Assembly: GCA_012295275.1 (NCBI GenBank)
Contig: CM022675.1
Span: 15,624,001-15,688,000, forward strand
Origin: Chrysomallon squamiferum
Taxonomy: Eukaryota > Animalia > Mollusca
DNA: 64,000 nucleotides
Reading direction: 5' to 3'
Shown here: positions 11,809-25,585 of the stretch, piece after piece
How the letters are laid out: every line of letters starts with the position of its first letter
Position numbering within the stretch: position 1 is the stretch's first letter
The notes under the pieces: generated by a model
Seen by the model: the letters and a program-made list of their open reading frames with translations, nothing else
What the model was told of the DNA's origin: nothing
The model's database searches: none
Made by a program: the position numbers and the translations under genes

Positions 11809-14800
11809 TTATTTATTTATTTATTTATTTTTATTTATATTCATTAAGCTAGGTGCGCACCAGTGTGGTGCTCCAAAACTTGGAGGGGCATTTCACGTTA
11901 GACACACGTCATGTCCTGAGAGCAGACGACATTAACTGAAAAGTAAATTGTATAAAAGCACGTTATAGATGACAAGCAAGAGAAAAATACGACATCAAAG
12001 GGATCAGATAAAACAAACTTATCTGGGAGAAAATGCAAACTTGTTCGAACTCAAAGGTTTGTAATAAATGCATGGATTATTTAACTTTTAAAAATGTCAG
12101 TTTATAAAATTCCCGCCATAAGCAGAATTTACCTTTCGGTTCAGTCAACATGTTTAATTAATCAGAATGTGTATAAATATAGTCACTTATATATACAGTT
12201 TTCATTTTTCTGAAGATAAATAAATAAAATTTGTGAGAAATATAGTAAATGATGCACTTAGAATAACGTGTGTACTAGCAATTACTGATGATGTATCGTT
12301 ATAAGAATATTTAATTAAATCAGTTTTTATTTATTAATATTTCAATTATTTTAGCTTTATTTAAATATGTTATACCTTTTTGGGGGGAGGTGGCGATTTA
12401 TGCAATATTACTAAACATCCAACATAAATAATTTCTCTGAGATTAATTCGATGTATTGTTATTTCCTATTATGTTTTACAGAAGTCTCGGCCGTAACTAG
12501 ACTCTTGAAATGAGGCAAAAACACTTAATCGGCGAGCGGAGCGGGGCAAAAAAATGTTGGCGAGAGATCTGAGGGACACGTAAGGCCACGTAAGGCCAGA
12601 AGGTCTGACTTGAAAGTGGATATCATTTCTATCAGAACGGAGATTTATATATATATTTATTTTATTTATTTATTTATTTATTTATTTTTATTTTTATTTT
12701 TTTTAAATAAAATCTTTGTATAAAAACAACAACAAACAAAAAACAACAACAACAAATCTTCAATTTCGGTATGAGGCGTTTGCTTGATTTGTCTCAATGT
12801 GCTGCACTTTTCTAAAAATGTAAGTGTTTCTGTAATTTTTTCTTCCTTCATTGAAACAAAAGTCAGATAACACATTCAAATTTTAACTAGTCTAGACATA
12901 TTGGGATCAATAACCATTGTGAAAGTCTGAAAAAAAAAAAAATAAATAAATAACAGCACATACAATAGAATAATTAATTATTATTATCATCGTTATTGCT
13001 GTTTTTATTGTTTTTATTATTATTGTGTAAAACTACATAAAGTTTATAATATATACGACTTTATTTTATTTATTTTTTATTTGATTTTTTTTCATTTTGA
13101 ATTGTATTGGTCTAAAATAAAGAATTAAAATATAATTTTAATTTCCTTACAATAGGACACCATAATTGTTTTTCAAAAATACTTGTTTTCCTTTCTAAGT
13201 AGGAACAGGTACTATTTTTTTTTAAATCACAACACAAAACATTATCATTATTAACATTTAATTTTTGTTTATAAAAATGTAATATGCAGCAAACTGTTTG
13301 GGATAATGACTGAGAATATAAGTGATCATTGTTTTATAATTAATGATATCTATTGATTTTGTAATGTCACAAAAAAAAGAACCCAATAATAACCATTAAA
13401 ATTACTACTAGTACTTGTCACAAGAAGTTGAATAGAGTTAATAATGTAACAAACACATGAAGCTTGATATTTATTATTATTATTATTATTTTCTTTTTTT
13501 TAATAATAATAATTGTTTATGGAGCACAGTAATATTCTTGGATTAACATACAATTCATGTATTTTTCTTTTTGAATTAAGAATTATACAACTCAGTTCTG
13601 TCTACTATTTTCCTTACAAATTATAATATTACTTATAATTCAGAGAAAAGTCATGACAGACTGAGTATTGAAATATGTTTCATTCTCTTACTTAAGGTCT
13701 GTTTTTTGTGCTGTTTTTCGTGCTGAATAAACAGTCATTCATTTTCTGACCATCAGATCTTTTTTATTTATTTATTTATAATTATTTTTATTTTTTTTTT
13801 TTTTTTTTTTTTTAGATATCCAAAGAAAAGACTCATTGTATCTCTGTAATACATGGTTGTATTTTTCCATTCTTAAACATTCATAACCTCTCTTTATATT
13901 ACTATTTTTATAAAAATCCAAAAAGAAAAAACAAATTGTTTTTCTTTTCTTTATTTCTTTCTTTATTTATTTTGTTTCATTAAATAGTATTCTGTACAAT
14001 GGAAGGAAATTCTGGGTTCATTATTTTATTAAAGTGTTTTGTGTAGTATTAGGTAAACCATTATACAATGTATATAAAAACACAAACAAACATATTTTAC
14101 TTACAAAACGTTATTAGCTTCATTATCTCAAACCATATTTCAGTTCTTCAAAGTTAGCTGAAGCCCATTAGTGTCAAAAGATGAAAATATTTTACTTTCT
14201 AGTGGCCTCCATTGATATATTACCTGTTTATATTATTGTGTTTCTAAATAAAAATTGGATTATATTTTTTTTTTTTTTTTTTTTATTGTTATTATATTCT
14301 AAATATGCAACATGTTTAACATCATTAATTAATCTGATTTCAGTCAAAATTGTTTTATAATGTTGCCAAAAAAAAAAAGAAAAAGTAAACTCAGTCTGAA
14401 GTATAATTCTTCTTAATTTATCTCAAGAAATGAAATCAAAACAGTAACATAATTAGATATTTAAAAAATTGATTGATCTTTATATGCAGTAGATTCTTGT
14501 ACACAGTCTCTTTCTTTTTCTTTTCTTTAAACCTGACCTTAGAAGTTTACTTCTTGTGAAGATGGGAAGAGATTTTTGTTTTAACAGATTATAAATTTAA
14601 TAAATGATACTGAGATTTCAATAAAATGTATACTTTTTTAATTTTCTAATAGTGCAGAGAGTTGGAATTGTATGTATATTTCATTTGGGTTTTTTACTTC
14701 TGTTTTTATTTATTTATATTTTATTATTTTGCTGGTTCCTTTTTGTCTTAATTAATATTCTTGAATTTTTTTTTTTATTGATATTCCTTATTCAATGTGA

Positions 14801-15736
14801 CTGATATTTTTAAAATTATAATAATGCTAATGTGGTTCTTTTTGGGTGTGTTTATTTTTGGGGTTGGTCTTTTTTTTTCTCTAACATGCACATTATTAAT
14901 AAATACATTGTGTGTATGGCTCACATGTTGATATTCCTAGTTTTAATAGTACATGTATTTTATGAATATTTATTTTACTGTGAAAGTGAAAATATTTAAA
15001 CAAAATATGTAAACAGATATCTCAACTGTTAAGTTCTGTTACATTTTTGTTTTTTTGTAATGTTAATGTGTTATATACAAGTTCTGTCTGTTTCCAGGCA
15101 ATAACATGTTAATAATCTAAATTATTTTACTGGCTGTTGATCACATCATTTTAATCAGTGTCATATTTAAAGATTGCAATTCCTTCAGAATAACAGCTCA
15201 ACCACATTTTAGAATGTTGTTTTTATTTTTTTGAATAAAAAGGAAAATTAATTTTTCAATCTTGAATATTTCAAATCTTTAAGAAATAATACAGTTATTT
15301 ATTTCATTAGTTTGATAAATGAAATAACAAAAACTTTTAAAAACAAAACATTAATTTATTTTGATTATTTTACAAAAATTGAATTTAAACGTCTTAAAAC
15401 AAGTATGTACAGATATTTACATTTTTTTTCTGTAGAAAAAAATTGAAATTTATTTTTTACCTTTTTTTTTAAATTTATTTTTTCACCTATAGTGAATTTA
15501 AAATACACCAAGTAAAAGGTTTATGTACAAGTTGGGATCAGAACATTAATTTACTTTCATTGGTTATTTACAAAAAACTTAAATCATAAAAAGTGATATA
15601 AGTAGAAATAGTCCTGTCCTTTTTCCTGTCCTTTCTGCTTTCATTAGTGGTCTGTAAAACATACAGATGAATATTTAAACCTCAGTGATTATTAAGTCTC
15701 TAGGTGACACACATTTGTATAATGATTATATCCAAG

Positions 15737-15776
<40 letters not shown>

Positions 15777-15794
15777 TTATATAATAATTATTTC

Positions 15795-15992
15795 AAAGTT
15801 AAAATATTGTTTTTATATAGCAATTATATGAAAGTAAATATACTGTTTTTATATAATAATTACATCATAGTAAATAATTATATTGGATATACTGTTTACA
15901 TATAATTATATCAGAATAGATATACTGTTTTTATATAATAATTATATCAGTAGATATATTGTTTATAATAATTATATCAGAGTAGATATATT
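15795..15992. repeat. Degenerate AT-rich tandem repeat of about 30-35 bp
   Basis: Recurring ATATACTGTTTTTATATAATAATTATATCAG-like unit, about 5-6 copies. Confidence 0.65.
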
Positions 15993-17289
15993 CATTTCTG
16001 TTATCAGTTGCCTCTGTGGATATTCTTTTAGGTTCACTTGTTTGTAGAAATGATATGGCTGTTCAAATATAGGATTGATGGTTTATAGATTAGTATCTCA
16101 TTAACTTTAGAAAGCAAAGATATGTAATCATTCTGTTGTTTGTATGTACGTTGACAGAAAACATGAACGTCCATCACACAACACATGTGGATGTGTTGTT
16201 TCCTTCTTTTTTCTTGTCTTGATGAAACCTGCAAAGTATCAATAAACATAAGCCATATATTTTGAAAAAATAATAATTATGTGAATGAATGAATAAATAA
16301 ATAAATAAATAAATAAGAAAAACAATTAAAATACACATTTGTTTTTGTTCTCAGATTCTATACCTTTTTGTATGTATATTTATTTATTAAACAGTCTGTT
16401 TGAGGCTTGAATACACCTATAACAAATATTTAACATGACAACACAAGATATAATAACAGACATGACAAAAATTACTGCCAGTGACTCCATTTCAAATGAC
16501 CAAGAAATACATTTTCCTTTGGCTTATGTTAATGGTTAGTTTATTTGTTTTATGCTAATAACATAAATTCAGATTTATTAAAAGTAACTGATTGTTCTTT
16601 CCAGAGAAGTGGACCTGTAAATAAAGTGAAATCTGTAACTAGACTAAATAAATTTTGTTTACTTTGAAATTATTTTCCTTTTAGAGGCCAATCCTGGTTA
16701 ATATTAAGGAAAGAGAAATATAAAAATATGAAACAATTGAGACGATGAAATTTTCTTCATTCCGTCTTTTTTTTAAATTTTTTATTATAATTTTTTGTTC
16801 TTTTTTGATAAAACTTCAGGATTATAAATGACTCATTGCTCATATTCATATTTACAGTTAACAGGTATCATCTGTACAAGGTTATTTACTGCCACACAAA
16901 ACTGAAAATAAACAAAATAGCAGACTGCAGTGGATGAACACTTACACATTTTGAAAGGTGTACACAATCTCTTTACTTAACTCTTAGCGTCCATTGTGTT
17001 CACTTATTGATATATAAACTATTCTATAAGACAATAATAATGATAGTAGATGTTAAAATATTATTCACTCTCTTCAGTCTGTGGAGTCTGAATAGAGACT
17101 AAAACTCATTTAACATATTTTCATCATTACACACAGTAATGAACAAAGAAATATAAAATCTTAATAAATGTCTTGAAAAATAAAATCTGAATATAATTTC
17201 TGATGTTAAAAACAAATATTAACTTGTCTTTCTTTTACTTTTTCAATTTTTATTATATTCATTTATTTATTTTATTATTATGATTATTG

Positions 17290-17359
<70 letters not shown>

Positions 17360-17360
17360 G

Positions 17361-17392
<32 letters not shown>

Positions 17393-18451
17393 GTGTTATT
17401 ATTTTCTTTTTTTTTGGTCTCATGTACATCTGGAAAATGTTCACTTGTAAATGATAGAACAATTCTGTTTATTAACAACTATTGTTCAAATACTAACTGA
17501 CACATTGAAAGGTACATTACAATTGTAAGTTTCATTACAAATGTCTTCAGAAAGGTATGGTACTTTAAAAAATTAATATGAAAAAATTTAAAAAGGAAAA
17601 ACAACAATAATTTGTCTTATTACAAAATGTTGATTACATCAGTTTGTTATAACATTTATTCTGTTTATTATGTTAGTTTGTTAGTATTATTAGTATTATT
17701 ATTAGTAGTAGTAGTAGTATTTAAATTCAGGTAATTTAGAATTTGGATCAGATTAGATTGTGACAACATAGAATTAAAATGTGGTTTCATATTATTTACA
17801 GCTGTCAGTGTTTTATAAAGAATTGTACACTGCCAAGAGAGCAGTATATCATAGCTTGTAGATAATTAAGTAGTAACAATCATTTCAGCAGTGGAGAAAT
17901 TATTTCTTTTATTTTCTAAAGAATGTACATTTACATGATTTTAATTGTTTATCACTGCAAGGTGTGTCTTAAAACATCGCTGTACAGATAAAATAAATGT
18001 ATGTACATGTTGATTAAAACCACTTAGCAGTTTGCGTTCAATTTCAGTGTCAAACTGGAAAGCAAAAATATAGAATTTTAGTTTTCTATTTTTCTGTTTA
18101 TTTTTTAACATTCAAGATTTATTTTTATTGTTTTCAAGTAAATTTGCTATTGATAGTAGATCAATGAATTTTTAAACTATTTTTGTTTTCATATCTGAGA
18201 CAGTTATAAACCAGATTCCCTGTTTTAACTAAATATTGATTAACTGATTTAATACAGAAAGTAAATAGAAGATTTTGTGAAGAATAAAATATAATGGAAG
18301 AGCATAAAGTTTTCATCAAATTAATGTTTGAAATTTACACTGAGGTCTTCTCTACATCACTGTTTTCAGTAATATTCTGAGATGATGTATATCAGTTAAT
18401 TAACAACAAATAATTACCAGTAAAATTATTCTTCAAAACCAATAATAATAA

Positions 18452-18497
<46 letters not shown>

Positions 18498-20188
18498 TAC
18501 AAAATTCATTTAATACTAAAAATTAGTAATAAATAAAACAGTTAATACTGATGATAATAAATTCACATATTTAGTTAAAACAAATCTACCAAAAACAAAG
18601 TAAATGTATACATACACACACACGTTTGTGTATGTATATGTGTGTGCGAGTGTGTGTAATTTCTGTTGTACATTTTGTTTTCTGAGACAGTATACTGTTG
18701 TACAATAAAAACAGTGTAGCTTCTGCGTGTAGAATGGAATAAATCTGTCAGCAGACGGGTTGTCTTTCAAATAAAATCGCTAAATGTTACGTGCATTCTC
18801 AAAGAAAGTTTTTATACATAGGAAGAGAAAAGATAAAACGTTTAAGAAAGTTTAAAAGTGTCTGTTTTCTTTCATTCATCTGTAAACAGTTATTATTAAT
18901 AACATTATTGTTTTAACTGTTTTGTTGTTGTACTTCATTATTAATAAAGACTGGATCCTAAAACAAATAAAACGATAACCTGTGAGTATTCAGATATTAT
19001 TAAGACAGTTATTTGCAACATCACGGTACACTTTAAATTAGACAAGTCGGTGGTAAACAAACGCGTCAACGATAGAAGATTGGTTTTCGAAACGGGATAT
19101 GTTAAGGTATAAAAATACATGTATACAAATCTCCCTCTTTTTTTTTGTCCACCTTCTCTTTCTCTGCAAGCAGTTTCTTCTGTCACTAAGGCGTCATGTC
19201 GTCACGTAATCTCTGGGATTGGATTTTTAAACAGCCGATTCCACCAACTTAAATGGAAAAAGTGTAAAGATACACACACGCATGCGCATACAACCCTGTT
19301 TGTATATTCGTATTTATGTGTATTTTATTATTTTTTATTTCATTATTTAATACTCAATTTAAATAAAGATTTCAACTCACTCTCAGTCTGGTTATGTTAT
19401 ATTCCAGAGTTAAGAGAACAAATTTAATTTCAGAAACAAATTTGGATTTGCGTTTGTAGTTGGAGGATTTTACACAAGAATAGTTGTTCAGGCATTGCTA
19501 AACATTAGTACACAGATTCTAGAAATGTGCTATTGAAATAACACGTCATTGATTAACACCAAGCGAAGCCAACTGTGATATCCGATTCAACATTTTCACT
19601 TTCATTAAACCTATTTGTGATTCTTCTTATTTCATTTCTTATAAACCACTCCCTCGACAAATTCAAGTATTTCTCCTCGATATAAAACAAAAACATTCTC
19701 ATATATATATATGGAATCAAAATTTTACCTGCAATAACAAGTTTCGTAATATTACAAATAAGAAAATTACAAGGTTTGTATGAAGGATATTTTATTTATT
19801 TTTGAATCACAAAAACATGACAGAATAGGAAGATAATCGTACGAAAACAAACTTTAAAGCTTTAATATATAAGTAAGAGCGTGCGTGCATTGAACAGCAT
19901 GGCACCTTATCCGTGGAATTCTTGACGATCTTGGTAAAGCCTGACGCTGGAAAAAAAAATATGAAGAAATGAGTATATTATTAATAATAAATAACTGTGA
20001 GACACATATCTGACATAAATAAATAACTAAATAAATTAATTAATTAACAAATTAACAAATAAATAAATAAATAAATATTTTAATAATGTTAATATCTGAC
20101 TACTTGAGAACATTAATGAAAATGTCTGAATTTTAAAACATACCTACAAATATGAATAATAAAATCAGTTTGACATACTTGAAATTCT

Positions 20189-20533
20189 TTATTGGATCAA
20201 GACAACGATGAATAAAAGAGCCAGTTTCAAAATGGAAGCAGTCAGCATCGATCCACCTTAAATAACAATAACAATTGTTATAGTAACAGTAGCAGTCACG
20301 CAATAATAACAGTAGGTAGTAGTTATAGTAGAGTTAGCAGCCGCAGTAGTGTCATAGTAGCAGTAATAGCAGCAGTATAGAAACAGTAGTGGTAATAGTA
20401 TAGTAATAGTGTAGTAATAGAAACAGCAGTAGTAGCAGTAGTAGTAATAGTAGTGGTGGTATTAGTAGTAGTAGAAAAAGAATAATAATAATTGTGGTTG
20501 AAGTTGATACAAGAAAAATAATAATAACAATGC

Positions 20534-20577
<44 letters not shown>

Positions 20578-21066
20578 TACTAACCATCTGAGCACAATTC
20601 AGCCATCTGTACGTAAGTGGCGTTGTCATGACAACCAATGGAAGAAAGACAGCTGATGTACCTTCCTTCAGCTCTATAAAACAAAAGATAATTTTAACAA
20701 ACACAAACATACACACATAAAACAGACAAAAAACACAAATAGCATATATATATATAATAAACAAATATATAAAGTAAAAATAAATAAATATACGTACATG
20801 AACTTGCAACAACCTTTCAGGTATTTTTAAGATCATACATACAAACGCAGAAACAAATACTATTATCATCAATTTCTCTTTTATGTATATATATATATAT
20901 CTATATAAAATTATACAAACATATTATTTAATTATATATCATGCATACATAAAAAAATGAGAAATAAATGCAGTAACCCCCTCCCAACAAATGGGGTTTT
21001 ATCCAGATATATGAGAGAATAAGCAAATTTACACTTAGGTCCTACAAAGAGCGTACCCAACAACAC

Positions 21067-21138
<72 letters not shown>

Positions 21139-21793
21139 AATAAATAAATGCAAGAAAATAACTTGTTCTTTACTGATAACGCAGAATTATTGATGTTAAA
21201 TCATCATAATTAATGTTCAAGATTTCTTGGAAAACAATATATAAACATATATATTTTTTTATTTTTTTTTTTTTTTTTTTTTTTTACTGTATGAAATGTT
21301 ATCGATCCACTGAAATAACCAATATGGCTTACCTGCATATACTTGGTATATCGGGCCCAGCTTCTGAAATTTCAAACTTTCTGTCTGCTGTGCAGTTGTC
21401 TTTTCTGAATTGGTCGCACGCGTTGTTCAAGTCAGCAAAGACAACTGGAAAAGAATTTAATTTTTTTTATTTCATTCAAACCTCCAAACTTTCACTTAAA
21501 CTGTGACTAAGAATTCGGAATTAGAAATATGGTATTTATTTTTTTTAAAAACCTGAAATAAATAAATAAATCAATAATCAAACAAAGAAGCAAACAAGAA
21601 AGAAGATAAATAAATAAATAAATTTTATGAAAATCTCATGATAGTAAACAAAACAGTACAGGATCAATCCCACTGGGAAAAATTTCGTAATTCATACAAT
21701 CAAAAAAAATGTAACTGTACAATAATGAATTAAATAAACTCTGAATATTTACTTACCCAAGAAAACAACTAAAGTAATAGACATTTTGTTCAT
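20189..21793 (-). CDS. Small 6-cysteine predicted GPI-anchored protein (neuritin-like), copy A, 101 aa
   Basis: Exons 21757-21793, 21333-21444, 20585-20673 and 20189-20256, with GT-AG introns of phase 1, 2 and 1 and an open frame. Protein: MNKMSITLVVFLVVFADLNNACDQFRKDNCTADRKFEISEAGPDIPSICRAEGRYISCLSSIGCHDNATYVQMAELCSDGGSMLTASILKLALLFIVVLIQ*. It has a signal peptide, two N-glycosylation sequons (NCT, NAT), and a small-residue site (SDGGS) followed by a hydrophobic tail. Confidence 0.85.
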
Positions 21794-21896
21794 GGTATGG
21801 GCACAGCTCAGAATAATTAACTTTGGTGATATTAAGATACTTTGACACTCTCTGGACAGAATGAGGAATCGGAATTAACAAAGTCTTTTAAAGTAT

Positions 21897-23630
21897 TTCT
21901 GAAAACATCTGTGACGCACGGACGAAAGATCAACTACGTAGCTGTTTCTTTTGTACTGGAACAGACATTTACAGGAAAAACACACAATATAAACTGGATT
22001 TAATATTATAGTATCAATCAGAAAGAAACGATTTTGAGTTTTAGAATGAGAGAGTGTGTATGAGAGATAAGAAAATGAATAACGGAACAGAAAGAGAAAT
22101 GAGTAAAGACAAAGCAATCGGAGTTTAAAGAAAATATTTTAATTTTCTAAATAAAAAATAAGGGATGGGTTAAGTTATAAAGCTGATCTAAAACAAAAAA
22201 AATTATAACAGTTAGCATCACCAAGTGTGAACTAATGACGTTCACGACATTTCAAATGTTATTAACGTAGACAGTTCATTTGACAACACTCCTCATCTCA
22301 CAGCTGCATGAACATATTCTAGTGCAGGGGTGCCACGCCTTTTTAAAAGACCAAGTCAAAATGATCTACCTACAGTAAAAACACACAAAACATTTGTTTA
22401 TTTATACTAAGTATACCTTATATTTACAACATATGTTGGTGTACCTCGCACAACACCATGAACCTGTGTGGCACAATTTCTGAAAACATCTGTGACGCAC
22501 GGACGAAAGATCAACTACGTAGCTGTTTCTTTTGTACTGGAACAGACATTTACAGGAAAAACACACAATATAAACTGGATTTAATATTATAGTATCAATC
22601 AGAAAGAAACGATTTTGAGTTTTAGAATGAGAGAGTGTGTATGAGAGATAAGAAAATGAATAACGGAACAGAAAGAGAAATGAGTAAAGACAAAGCAATC
22701 GGAGTTTAAAGAAAATATTTTAATTTTCTAAATAAAAAATAAGGGATGGGTTAAGTTATAAAGCTGATCTAAAACAAAAAAAATTATAACAGTTAGCATC
22801 ACCAAGTGTGAACTAATGACGTTCACGACATTTCAAATGTTATTAACGTAGACAGTTCATTTGACAACACTCCTCATCTCACAGCTGCATGAACATATTC
22901 TAGTGCAGGGGTGCCACGCCTTTTTAAAAGACCAAGTCAAAATGATCTACCTACAGTAAAAACACACAAAACATTTGTTTATTTATGCTAAGTATACCTT
23001 ATATTTACAACATATGTTGGTGTACCTCGCACAACACCATGAACCTGTGTGGCACAATTTCTGAAAACATCTATGACGCACGGACGAAAGATCAACTACG
23101 TAGCTGTTTCTTTTGTACTGGAACAGACATTTACAGGAAAAACACACAATATAAACTGGATTTAATATTATAGTATCAATCAGAAAGAAATGATTTTGAG
23201 TTTTAGAATGAGAGAGTGTGTATGAGAGATAAGAAAATGAATAACGGAACAGAAAGAGAAATGAGTAAAGACAAAGCAATCGGAGTTTAAAGAAAATATT
23301 TTAATTTTCTAAATAAAAAATAAGGGATGGGTTAAGTTATAAAGCTGATCTAAAACAAAAAAATTATAACAGTTAGCATCACCAAGTGTGAACTAACTAA
23401 TGACGTTCACGACATTTCAAGTGTTATTAACGTAGACAGTCCATTTGTCAACACTCCTCATCTCACAGCTGCATGAACATACTCTAGTGCCACGCCTTTT
23501 TAAATGACCAAGTCAAAATGATCTACCTACAGTAAAAAAACAAAACATTTGTTTATTTATACTAAGTATACCTTATATTTACAACATATGTTGGTGTACC
23601 TTGCATAACAGCATGAACCTGTGTGGTACA
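21897..23630. repeat. 581-bp tandem triplication upstream of gene copy A
   Basis: The block starting TTTCTGAAAACATCT recurs with an exact 581-bp period, also shown by ORF ends at 22117, 22698 and 23279. Unit 2 has a single copy (about 30909-31490). Confidence 0.95.
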
Positions 23631-23736
23631 ATACAAGTCTGTACATGTTTGACTACCACTGTTTTTGACTATCACCTTACTCTGATAACTTGCACTTGCA
23701 GGATGGATGATACTTTGTTATATCTGGGTGTCATGC

Positions 23737-25585
23737 GATCTACCCACACTGTCTATGTGATCTACCACACTGTCTATGCGATCTATCCACACTGTATATG
23801 TGATCTACCCACACTGTCTATGTGATCTACCCACGCTGTCTATGCGATCTAACCACACTGTGATCTACCCACACTATGTGATCTACCCACTGTCATGTGA
23901 TCTGTCTATGTGATCTACCCACACTGTGATCTACCCACACTGTCTATGTGATCTACCCACACTGTCTATGTGATCTACCCACACTGTCTATGTGATCTAC
24001 CCACACTGTCTATGTGATCTACCCACACTGTCTATGTGATCTACCCACACTGTCTATGTGATCTACCCACACTGTCTATGTGATCTACCCACACTGTCTA
24101 TGTGATCTACCCACACTGTCTATGTGATCTACCCCACTGTCTATGTGATCTAACCACACAGTCTATGTGATCTACCCACACTGTCTATGTGATCTACCCA
24201 CACTGTCTATGTGATCTACCCACACTGTCTATGTGATCTACCCACACTGTCTATGTGATCTACCCACACTGTCTATGTGATCTACCCACACTGTATATGA
24301 TCTAACCACACTATGTGATCTACCCACACTGTCTATGCGACCTAACCACACTGTCTATGCGATCTACCCACACTGTCTATGCGATCTAACCACACTGTCT
24401 ATGTGATCTACCCACACTGTCTATGTGATCTAACCACTCTGTCTATGTGATCTACCCACACTGTCTATGTGATCTACCCACACTGTCTATGTGATCTAAC
24501 CACACTGTCTATGTGATCTACCCACACTGTCTATGTGATCTACCCACACTGTCTATGTGATCTACCCACACTGTCTATGTGATCTAACCACTCTGTCTAT
24601 GTGATCTACCCACACTGTCGATGTGATCTAACCACTGTCTATGTGATCTACCCACACTGTCTATGTGATCTAACCACACTGTCTATGTGATCTAACCACA
24701 CTGTCTATGTGATCTACCCACACTGTCTATGTGATCTAACCACACTGTCTATGTGATCTACCCACACTGTCTATGTGATCTAACCACACTGTCTATGTGA
24801 TCTATCTGTCTATGTGATACCCACACTGTCCCACCCACACTGTCTATGTGACGATCTACCCACACTGTCTATGTGATCTACCCACACTGTCTATGTGATC
24901 TACCCACACTGTCTATGTGATCTACCCACACTGTCTATGTGATCTACCCACACTGTCTATGTGATCTACCCACACTGTCTATGTGATCTACCCACGCTGT
25001 CTATGTGATCTAACCACGCTGTCTATGTGATCTACCCACACTGTCTATGTGATCTACCCACACTGTCTATGTGATCTACCCACACTGTCTATGTGATCTA
25101 CCCACACTGTCTATGTGATCTACCCACTGTGATCTACCCACACTATCTGATCTACCCACACTGTCTATCTGATCTACCCACACTGTCTATGTGATCTACC
25201 CACACTGTCTATGCGATCTATCCACTCTGTCTATGTGATCTACCCACGCTGTCTATGCGATCTAACCACACTGTCTATGTGATCTACCCACACTGTATAT
25301 GTGATCTATCCACACTGTATATGTGATCTACCCACACTGGCTATGTGATCTAACCACACTGTCTATGCGATCTAACCACACTGTCTATGCGATCTAACGA
25401 CACTGTCTATGTGATCTAACCACACTGTCTATGTGATCTAACCACACTGTTTATGTGTTCTAACCACACTGTCTATGCGATCTAACCACACTGTCTATGC
25501 GATCTAACCACACTGTCTATGTGATCTACACACACTGTCTATGTGATCTAACCACACTGTCTATGTGATCTAAGCACACTGTCTA
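23737..25585. repeat. 22-bp minisatellite array (about 80 units)
   Basis: Unit GATCTA(C/A)CCACACTGTCTATG(T/C). Confidence 0.95.

Larger units (their letters stand above)
16569..25585. repeat. Tandem segmental duplication, unit 1 (about 9.0 kb)
   Basis: Begins TCAGATTTATTAAAAGTAACTGATTGTTCTTTCCAGAG. The same sequence restarts at 25586 and is colinear throughout. Confidence 0.95.

Noticed and set aside
12485-12625. GC-rich stretch resembling a MITE end
   Set aside because: No partner terminus or TSD was found, so it cannot be classified.
21213-21506. Plus-strand ORF conserved between the duplicated units (also 30249-30512)
   Set aside because: It is the antisense shadow of exon 2 of the GPI-protein gene.
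21875-23279. Repeated 80-98 aa ORFs (MLCLYSFLFLFRYS...)
   Set aside because: They recur only because of the 581-bp triplication, start at non-ATG codons and show no protein features.
23737-25585. 22-bp array as a CRISPR or coding repeat
   Set aside because: Head-to-tail units with no spacers, and frequent stop codons.
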